DNA from: Firmicutes bacterium UBA5509 | GTDB lineage: Bacteria; Bacillota; Proteinivoracia; UBA4975 | Reading direction: 5' to 3' | Assembly (NCBI GenBank): GCA_002423965.1 | Contig: DIOR01000023.1 | Span: 90,997 to 154,996 of the forward strand | DNA length: 64,000 nucleotides | In this document: positions 57,670 to 64,000 of the stretch, piece after piece | How positions within the stretch are numbered: the stretch's first letter is position 1 | How the letters are laid out: every line of letters begins with the position of its first letter | Notes under the pieces: model-generated | Databases searched by the model: none | Seen by the model: only the letters and a program-made list of their open reading frames with translations | What the model was told of the DNA's origin: nothing | Translations under genes and position numbers: made by a program

Positions 57670-59220
57670 GTGACGAATATTCCAACACCATTAGTAGTTT
57701 TAATTGTAGTTGTAGCTTCGGCTCTTGCTGCTATCGCCGGTTATATAGTGAGGAAACTATTGGCAGAAGCCAAGATTGCTTCTGCAGAAGAAGCAGCGAA
57801 AAAGTTGATTGCCGATGCTATCAAAGAAGCCGATTCAAAAAAACGTGAGACTATACTTGAAGCAAAAGAGGATATTCACAAGCTGAGAACGGAGTTAGAC
57901 AATGAGATTAAAGAACGCCGCCAAGAACAGCAGCGTGTGGATAGACGCCTGACCCAAAGGGAAGAGACCTTAGACCGTAAGTTGGAAAGTGTCGAAAAGA
58001 AAGAAGACAACCAGCGAATTAAAGAAGCAGAACTGGAAGAAGCGAATCAGAAGATTCAACAACTCCACCAGCAACAATTACTGGAATTAGAACGCTTATC
58101 AGGCCTTTCTAGAGGTGAAGCTCGGGAACTGTTGTTGCAGAACGTCCAAAAAGAAACTCGTCACGAGGCGGCACAGCTAATCAAAGAGATTGAAAATGAG
58201 ACTAAGCAGGAAGCGGAAAAGCGTTCCAGAGAAATTATTTCTCAGACCATTCAGCGCTACGCTGCTGATCATGTGGCTGAAACCACAGTCTCAGTTGTAA
58301 GCTTGCCCAATGACGAGATGAAGGGACGGATTATCGGCCGGGAAGGCAGAAATATCCGAGCTTTGGAAACCCTGACTGGTATCGACTTGATAATTGACGA
58401 CACCCCAGAGGCCGTCATCATCTCCGGGTTTGACCCCGTTCGTCGTGAAGTGGCAAGAATCGCCCTGGAAAAGCTTATCGCTGATGGGCGCATTCATCCG
58501 GGACGCATCGAAGAAATGGTTAATCGGGCACAAAAAGAGGTAGATAACCATATCAAAGAGATGGGTGAACAAGCTACCTTTGATACCGGAATTCATGGCC
58601 TCCACCCTGAGTTGATAAGACTCCTAGGTAGGTTGAACTACAGGACAAGTTACGGTCAAAATGTCTTAAAGCACTCCTTGGAAGTCTGCCACCTTGCAGG
58701 TATGATTGCTGCTGAAATAGGCGCAGACGTCAAACTAGCCAAGCGTGGAGGATTGCTCCACGACATTGGCAAAGCCATCGACCATGAAGTTGAAGGCCCT
58801 CATGTTACCATCGGTGCAGATGTGGCGAAAAAGTATCGGGAGAACCCAGCAGTTGTCCATGCCATTGCCGCTCATCATGGAGATGTCGAGCCTGAAACTG
58901 TTGAAGCAGTCTTGGTTCAAGCCGCTGATGCCATTTCCGCTGCTCGTCCAGGAGCCCGCCGGGAAACCCTGGAAAACTACATCAAGCGTCTAGAAAAATT
59001 AGAAGAAATTGCGGATTCATTCCAGGGAGTAGACAAGTCATATGCTATTCAGGCAGGCCGGGAAGTCCGCATTATCGTCAAACCCGAGCGAATCGATGAT
59101 GCCCTTGCAAGTCAAATGGCCAGGGAAATCGTCGAACGCATTGAAGGTGAGATGGAATACCCTGGACAAATCAAAGTTACTGTCATTAGAGAAAGTCGTG
59201 CTGTTGAATATGCCAGGTAA
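57670..59220 (+). CDS. rny: Ribonuclease Y (N-terminal TM helix, coiled coil, KH and HD domains)
   Basis: Near-identity to B. subtilis Rny over the KH/HD region ([32 protein letters not shown]...LLHDIGKA). The start is a GTG fused to the Shine-Dalgarno, or an ATT 8 nt downstream of it. Confidence 0.9.
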   Translation: MTNIPTPLVVLIVVVASALAAIAGYIVRKLLAEAKIASAEEAAKKLIADAIKEADSKKRETILEAKEDIHKLRTELDNEIKERRQEQQRVDRRLTQREETLDRKLESVEKKEDNQRIKEAELEEANQKIQQLHQQQLLELERLSGLSRGEARELLLQNVQKETRHEAAQLIKEIENETKQEAEKRSREIISQTIQRYAADHVAETTVSVVSLPNDEMKGRIIGREGRNIRALETLTGIDLIIDDTPEAVIISGFDPVRREVARIALEKLIADGRIHPGRIEEMVNRAQKEVDNHIKEMGEQATFDTGIHGLHPELIRLLGRLNYRTSYGQNVLKHSLEVCHLAGMIAAEIGADVKLAKRGGLLHDIGKAIDHEVEGPHVTIGADVAKKYRENPAVVHAIAAHHGDVEPETVEAVLVQAADAISAARPGARRETLENYIKRLEKLEEIADSFQGVDKSYAIQAGREVRIIVKPERIDDALASQMAREIVERIEGEMEYPGQIKVTVIRESRAVEYAR

Positions 59221-59245
59221 AACCCTTTGGGTTTTACCTTTTTTC
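59219..59245 (+). terminator. Hairpin AAAACCC-ttt-GGGTTTT + ACCTTTTTTC after rny (possible attenuating terminator before ymdB)
   Basis: 7-bp stem and a T6 run. Confidence 0.6.
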
Positions 59246-59260
59246 TAAAGGAGGAACCCT

Positions 59261-60022
59261 ATGAAAGTATTATTTATCGGCGATATTGTCGGTGGCAGTG
59301 GACGCAATGCCGTCGCCGCGATCTTGCCTGAATTGGCTCGTGAACAATCCTGGGACCTGTGTATTGCCAATGCCGAAAACTCTGCCGGTGGCAAGGGGAT
59401 AACCGCCGCTATTGCCGAAGAATTGCTGGCAACAGGCATTGACGTCATGACCATGGGCAATCACACCTGGGATAATAAAGAGATATTCAAGTTCATCGAT
59501 GATGCTCATTACCTGGTGCGGCCAGCAAATTACCCAATAAATGTTCCTGGTCAGGGATATACTGTGGTCGAAATAAAAGGAAAAAGAGTTGCAGTGATCA
59601 ATTTATCCGGACAAGTGTTTATGGGTTCTATGGACTGCCCCTTTGCCAAAGCTGACGAATTATTATTAAGTCTCTCGGATTGCGATTACATAATCATCGA
59701 TTTTCATGGGGAAGCCACTGCCGAAAAGGTTGGCTTTGCCCGTTATGTCGACGGCAGGGCAGCTGCTGTAATCGGTACCCATACTCATATTCAGACCGCC
59801 GATGAAGGGCTTTTGCCTCAGGGGACTTTGTATATCACTGATGTAGGAGCAACTGGTGCAATAAATTCTGTGTTGGGTATGGAAGTTGGGCCGGTGATAA
59901 AGCGGTTGACTACTAAATTGCCCCAGCGCTTTGTAGCCGCCAAGGGCCCTGCAATGATGTGCGCTGTGTTGATGGATTTATCCGCCAAAAAGATTTTACG
60001 CATTGCACTTACTGCTGAATAG
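59261..60022 (+). CDS. ymdB: YmdB-family metallophosphoesterase (2',3'-cyclic-nucleotide phosphodiesterase)
   Basis: MKVLFIGDIVG...ANAENSAGG...GNHTWD signature. Sits in the rny-ymdB-spoVS synteny. Confidence 0.9.
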   Translation: MKVLFIGDIVGGSGRNAVAAILPELAREQSWDLCIANAENSAGGKGITAAIAEELLATGIDVMTMGNHTWDNKEIFKFIDDAHYLVRPANYPINVPGQGYTVVEIKGKRVAVINLSGQVFMGSMDCPFAKADELLLSLSDCDYIIIDFHGEATAEKVGFARYVDGRAAAVIGTHTHIQTADEGLLPQGTLYITDVGATGAINSVLGMEVGPVIKRLTTKLPQRFVAAKGPAMMCAVLMDLSAKKILRIALTAE

Positions 60023-60040
60023 ATGATGTATTAGCTGAAA

Positions 60041-60069
60041 AGAAGGTATTTTTTTCTTTGCGGCGAATA
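60041..60069 (+). promoter_or_regulatory. Sigma-H-type promoter candidate upstream of spoVS (gaAGGtATT-11 nt-ggcGAATat)
   Basis: Matches the sigma-H consensus RNAGGAWWW-N11-12-RNNGAATWW with one mismatch. spoVS is sigma-H dependent in B. subtilis. Confidence 0.5.
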
Positions 60070-60112
60070 TATCATATGTAGAACTTTATTTAGACAAGAG
60101 GGGGTTTACTTT

Positions 60113-60373
60113 TTGGACGTATTGAAAGTATCAGCAAAATCCAATCCTAATTCCGTCGCCGGAGCATTGGCAGGTGTCCTGCGGGAGCGGGGTGGTGCTG
60201 AAATGCAGGCCATCGGTGCCGGGGCCCTGAACCAGGCTGTCAAAGCCGTTGCAATCGCAAGAGGATTCGTCGCTCCCAGTGGTGTTGACCTAATCTGCAT
60301 CCCCGCCTTTACAGACATAATTATCGATGGTGAAGAACGTACTGCCATCAAGCTCATTGTTGAACCGCGTTAG
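60113..60373 (+). CDS. spoVS: Stage V sporulation protein S
   Basis: 86 aa, about 90% identical to B. subtilis SpoVS as I recall it (LKVSAKSNPNSVAGALAGVLRERG...). TTG start 8 nt after AGAGGGGG. Confidence 0.95.
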   Translation: MDVLKVSAKSNPNSVAGALAGVLRERGGAEMQAIGAGALNQAVKAVAIARGFVAPSGVDLICIPAFTDIIIDGEERTAIKLIVEPR

Positions 60374-60402
60374 CACTCATATTCCGATAAAACCTGTTTA
60401 TA

Positions 60403-61383
60403 TTGTGTAAGCAGGTTTTCTTATATTCTAAGGAGGGATGTGCTATTTATCAGTTTGCAGATTTTCATTGTGATACCCTGCTGAAAGTCTCTAAAGGTCT
60501 GGTGGATTTTTCTTGTTCCCAAGAGAAGGGACACTTGGATCTCAACCGTTTGCTGGCCACTAACTATGTTTTTCAGTGTTTCGCCGCCTTCTTTGAACCC
60601 AGCTTGGGCCAAGAAGCTGCCTTGCGTCATACTCTTAGATTGCTTAACATCGCCCGGGAAAAAATCCTTACATTGCCCCAGGTTCAATGGGTAAAGAGGG
60701 CAGAGGATCTTGATGGTGGCGGGGATAAGTTGTTGGCGTTGCTGTCTATTGAAGGTGCGGATTTCATTGGCTCTGACCTATACTTAATAGAATTAGTCCA
60801 TACTATGGGTGTAAGACTGATTACATTAACTTGGAACGGACGTAATAGCCTGGGAGACGGTGTCAAGGTTGGAGGAGGCGGGGGGCTGACAAAGCTTGGT
60901 ACTAAAGCTGTCAATGTCATGCAGGATATTAATATTATCGTCGATGTTTCCCACCTGGGGGAAAGAGGCTTTTGGGACGTAGCTTCTGCTGCCGAAAAAC
61001 CCTTTGTTGCTTCACATTCAAACGCCTGGGCACTGTGCCAGCATCCCCGAAACTTAAAGGATGAGCAAATCCGTGAAATCAGCAGTCATGGTGGCTTGAT
61101 TGGTGTGAATCTGTGTCCCGCCTTTATTGCCCAGTCCCGGGAGGGTCAGACCTTGGATGCATTGGTCCGACATATAAGTCATATTGCAGAAGTAGGCGGT
61201 GTCGACTGTCTTTGCCTTGGGGCGGATCTGGACGGCATTGAAGAACTACCCATAGACATGGTAGACGTAAAGGATATGGGCCAACTGCCCGGTCTATTGG
61301 AGGATGTCGGCTTCTCGTCAATAGAAATTCAGGCGGTTTGTGCCGCTAACCTAATTAGGTTTCTAAGAAATAATCTGGAGTGA
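60403..61383 (+). CDS. Membrane-dipeptidase (peptidase M19) family protein
   Basis: FADFHCDTL...ITLTWN...VDVSHL M19 motifs. The only canonical start (TTG 60403) lies inside the spoVS terminator with no RBS. AAGGAGGGA sits 6 nt before an in-frame ATT at 60445. Confidence 0.8.
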   Translation: MCKQVFLYSKEGCAIYQFADFHCDTLLKVSKGLVDFSCSQEKGHLDLNRLLATNYVFQCFAAFFEPSLGQEAALRHTLRLLNIAREKILTLPQVQWVKRAEDLDGGGDKLLALLSIEGADFIGSDLYLIELVHTMGVRLITLTWNGRNSLGDGVKVGGGGGLTKLGTKAVNVMQDINIIVDVSHLGERGFWDVASAAEKPFVASHSNAWALCQHPRNLKDEQIREISSHGGLIGVNLCPAFIAQSREGQTLDALVRHISHIAEVGGVDCLCLGADLDGIEELPIDMVDVKDMGQLPGLLEDVGFSSIEIQAVCAANLIRFLRNNLE

Positions 61384-61389
61384 ACTTCT

Positions 61390-62181
61390 ATGCGTGTTGA
61401 TTTACACCTACATTCCACGGCCTCTGACGGTTTGCTGGCCCCTGGTGACCTTGTTGGCCAGGCAAAAGCTAAGGGACTTGAGATTATCGCCTTAACTGAC
61501 CACGACACCACCGCAGGATTGGAGGAGGCCCATGCTGCAGGTAAAGACTGTAGTATTGGCGTCATTTCTGGCATTGAACTGAGCTCAGATCTTGACGGCA
61601 TAGAAATACATATTCTTGGGTATCTTTTGGATTACCGCAATCAACAATTGCAAGAGTTGCTGGAGAAGATTCGCCTTAGCCGAATCCAGCGAATTAAAGA
61701 AATGATAAACCGCCTAAACACATTGGGCTTTGACTTGACTTGGGGAGAGCTTGCTGCCTTAGGAAGTAAGGCCAGCAGCCTTGGACGCCCTCATGTGGCC
61801 AGGTTAATGGTGAAAAAGGGGTATGCCTCCTCGGTTAAGGAAGCATTTGACCATTGGCTTGGTTTCGGGTGCAAAGCTTATGTCCCCAGGTTCAAGCTCC
61901 ATCCAAGGGAAGCCATTAATATAATCCATGGGGCCCAGGGCCTGGCTTTTCTTGCCCACCCCGGGCTACTTCCCAGAAATAACTTAGTTGGCCAGGTGGC
62001 AGCTTGGGGCCTGGATGGTTTGGAAGTATTTCACCCTCAACATAGGCAAGAGCAAGTCCAGGTATTCTTGCAGCAAGCTGAGGCACTTACACTTCACATT
62101 TCCGGAGGTTCTGATTTCCATGGGGGACCCGAAGAAAGTCTGGGATATATTGAACTTTACCAGCCATGGTTAATGGACTGA
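61390..62181 (+). CDS. PHP-domain phosphoesterase (TrpH/YciV-like)
   Basis: MRVDLHLHSTASDG...LTDHDT PHP motifs. Confidence 0.85.
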   Translation: MRVDLHLHSTASDGLLAPGDLVGQAKAKGLEIIALTDHDTTAGLEEAHAAGKDCSIGVISGIELSSDLDGIEIHILGYLLDYRNQQLQELLEKIRLSRIQRIKEMINRLNTLGFDLTWGELAALGSKASSLGRPHVARLMVKKGYASSVKEAFDHWLGFGCKAYVPRFKLHPREAINIIHGAQGLAFLAHPGLLPRNNLVGQVAAWGLDGLEVFHPQHRQEQVQVFLQQAEALTLHISGGSDFHGGPEESLGYIELYQPWLMD

Positions 62182-62208
62182 AAAAACAGGTCCAATTTAG
62201 CCGTTTTT

Positions 62209-62236
62209 TCCTGCCTTTAGGCAGGAATTTCTGTGT
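62209..62236 (+). terminator. Hairpin TTCCTGCC-ttta-GGCAGGAA + TTTCTGTG after the PHP gene
   Basis: Perfect 8-bp stem with a short U-rich tail. Confidence 0.6.
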
Positions 62237-62302
62237 ACAGGGCGAATATTGTATTGTAATGGCCTAATGGACCAGGACAAGTCCAATATTGGAGGTGAGT
62301 TC

Positions 62303-63283
62303 TTGAAACTCCAGTTGAAAAGAGAGACAGGCATACCTCTATATATTCAAGTGCAAAACTTAGTAAAGGACTTAATTAAAAATGGCGTCTGGATGCCAGG
62401 TAGCAAGATTCCCACCGAGAGGAGTTTGGCCCAGCAGCTCCATGTCAGCCGCAATACCATCAGCATGGCCTTTCATGATCTAGAACACCAAGGCCTATTG
62501 GTCTGTCACCAGGGCCGGGGAACTTTTGTCGCTGAGTCTGATGAAGTAGTTCGCCTGGAGAGCCGCAAAGAACGCCTACTGAGAATAATCGATATGGCCA
62601 TGGAAGATGCAACTACCTTGGGGTTTAGCATTGATGATTTCATGGCTATTACCCATGTACGGGCTCGGGAAAAGCGGGATATTCTTTCTCGGGTCAATAT
62701 AATCCTCATTGAATGTAATCGAGAGCAAGTCGAGTTCTTTGCAAAAGAATTGGCTCATAGTGTTGGTGTCATTATCAATCCAATTTTAATTGGAGATCTG
62801 GAAACACGCCCAGATAAGTTTCGCGATATTATTCGCAAGGCTGACATTGTCATTACAACGCTTTTTCATCTACAATCCGTTAAAGAAATTGTCGGCGATT
62901 TGGGGACGGAAATTATCTCCATCGCCCTTAGTCCTCTGCTGGATTCAATCGTCCACATTGCTCGTATTCCCAACGATGCCCATGTAGGCATCTTTTGCCT
63001 GTCCAATAATTTCGCCGATAAAATGATTGCTTCCCTGCGTAGCGCAGGCATCAACCATCTGCAATACAGTGTATTCTTAGGTTCTGCCAAAAAGGAGGTC
63101 TTGCTTGAACAAATTGACAGCGTCGACTACCTCATTACATCACCTGGTCGGAAGCAAGAGCTAAAGAATCACACAAGAAAGGAAGTCGTAGAATTCATCT
63201 ATTCACCGGATCAAGCATCTACCAATCTGCTCAGGGCTACTTTGATGGAACTCAAGGAAAAGAATCTTAAGAAGTGGGAGTGA
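62303..63283 (+). CDS. GntR-family transcriptional regulator with an uncharacterised C-terminal domain of about 250 aa
   Basis: N-terminal GntR HTH (IPLYIQVQNLVKDLIKNGVWMPGSKIPTERSLAQQLHVSRNTISMAFHDLEHQGLL). TTG start after GGAGGTGA. Confidence 0.8.
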   Translation: MKLQLKRETGIPLYIQVQNLVKDLIKNGVWMPGSKIPTERSLAQQLHVSRNTISMAFHDLEHQGLLVCHQGRGTFVAESDEVVRLESRKERLLRIIDMAMEDATTLGFSIDDFMAITHVRAREKRDILSRVNIILIECNREQVEFFAKELAHSVGVIINPILIGDLETRPDKFRDIIRKADIVITTLFHLQSVKEIVGDLGTEIISIALSPLLDSIVHIARIPNDAHVGIFCLSNNFADKMIASLRSAGINHLQYSVFLGSAKKEVLLEQIDSVDYLITSPGRKQELKNHTRKEVVEFIYSPDQASTNLLRATLMELKEKNLKKWE

Positions 63284-63287
63284 CCAA

Positions 63288-63494
63288 ATGGCAAGCAAGT
63301 TTCAAGTGAGCATTCTGCCGAAGTACTGTAAGGGTTGCGGAATTTGTGTCAGCGTTTGTCCTAAACAGGTTTTGGCCTTAGGCAAGGACAAGGCCCAAGT
63401 TGAGCATGCAGATCAATGTATCGGCTGTTTAAACTGCGAGTATCACTGTCCGGATTTTGCATTAACCGTGACGGAAGGTGGTAACGATGAGTAA
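63288..63494 (+). CDS. korD: 2x[4Fe-4S] ferredoxin, delta subunit of a 2-oxoacid:ferredoxin oxidoreductase (KorD/OorD-like)
   Basis: Two CxxCxxCxxxCP motifs (CKGCGICVSVCP, CIGCLNCEYHCP), 68 aa, immediately upstream of korA. Confidence 0.85.
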   Translation: MASKFQVSILPKYCKGCGICVSVCPKQVLALGKDKAQVEHADQCIGCLNCEYHCPDFALTVTEGGNDE

Positions 63495-64000
63495 GAAACT
63501 TATTCAAGGTAACGAAGCATGTGTCGAAGGCGCTTTAGCAGCTGGCGCAAGATTCTTTGCCGGCTATCCAATTACCCCCTCCACAGAAATCGCCGAATTA
63601 ATGGCGAAAAAACTGCCTCGGGTAGGCGGTGTATTTATGCAAATGGAAGATGAGATTGCCAGTATAGCAACTATCATTGGAGCATCAATCTCAGGTGCTA
63701 AGGCTATGACAGCTACTAGCGGCCCCGGTTTTTCCCTTATGCAGGAGAACCTCGGTTTTGCCGCCATGACAGAAGTGCCAATTGTAGTTGTCAATGTCAC
63801 AAGGGGAGGTCCCAGCACCGGCACTCCAACCAAGGCCAGCCAAGGAGACTTTATGCAGGCCCGTTGGGGATGTCATGGGGACCATCCAATAATTGTGTTG
63901 GCTCCCAGCAGTGTTCAGGAGGTTTATGACCTTGCTATCACTGCTTTTAATATGTCCGAAAAATACATGGTGCCAGTAGTGCTCCTTTATGACGAAGTTG
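63487..64000 (+). CDS. korA: 2-oxoacid (2-oxoglutarate):ferredoxin oxidoreductase alpha subunit, N-terminal part (runs off the window)
   Basis: LIQGNEACVEGALAAGARFFAGYPITPSTEI...MQMEDEIAS matches the KorA/PorA N-terminus. The ATG overlaps the korD stop. Confidence 0.9.
   Translation, partial: MSKKLIQGNEACVEGALAAGARFFAGYPITPSTEIAELMAKKLPRVGGVFMQMEDEIASIATIIGASISGAKAMTATSGPGFSLMQENLGFAAMTEVPIVVVNVTRGGPSTGTPTKASQGDFMQARWGCHGDHPIIVLAPSSVQEVYDLAITAFNMSEKYMVPVVLLYDEV

Noticed and set aside
1-64000. I scanned for CRISPR arrays, tRNA/rRNA genes, IS elements or integrases that would mark a mobile island.
   Set aside because: No regularly spaced direct repeats, no tRNA-like cloverleaf-encoding segments, and no transposase. 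The only recombinase is the chromosomal XerC in its conserved position.

Overview
Core chromosomal segment of a spore-forming, anaerobic Firmicute (Clostridia-like, about 50% GC). Gene order closely matches the Bacillus subtilis comM...topA-trmFO-xerC-codY-(che)-rpsB-tsf-pyrH-frr-uppS-cdsA-dxr-rseP...nusA-infB-rbfA-truB-ribF-rpsO-pnp-(deacetylase)-ymxH-dpaAB-asd-aspartokinase-dapA-rnj-tepA-ylzJ-...-ftsK-...-rodZ-pgsA-cinA-recA-rny-ymdB-spoVS region. It ends with a GntR regulator and the start of a korD/korA 2-oxoacid:ferredoxin oxidoreductase. Almost everything is on the + strand; only two genes are on the - strand. I found no rRNA, tRNA, CRISPR array or recognisable transposon. The items most worth a second look are departures from the conserved synteny: (i) a four-gene insert between pgsA and recA (small signal-anchored protein, a short FtsH paralog with no periplasmic domain, a PncC-only CinA, and a membrane-anchored metallophosphoesterase); (ii) a divergent pair of uncharacterised Walker-A proteins next to rodZ (a 347-aa P-loop protein on the - strand and an ACT-domain + Walker-A protein); (iii) a lower-GC orphan nuclease-like gene on the - strand near the 5' end, whose resemblance to BglII/BamHI active-site motifs is recalled from memory; (iv) a che cluster (cheY-A-W-C-D) sitting where the fla/che operon normally is, with no flagellar genes or sigD; (v) three genes (xerC, rny, an M19 dipeptidase) whose conserved N-termini begin upstream of any ATG/GTG/TTG but sit at ideal spacing from a Shine-Dalgarno sequence to an ATA/ATT codon. 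Several promoters are readable directly: sigma-A with a LexA/Cheo box at recA, a sigma-H type at spoVS, and a sigma-K-like -10 at dpaAB. Many intrinsic terminators are also visible.
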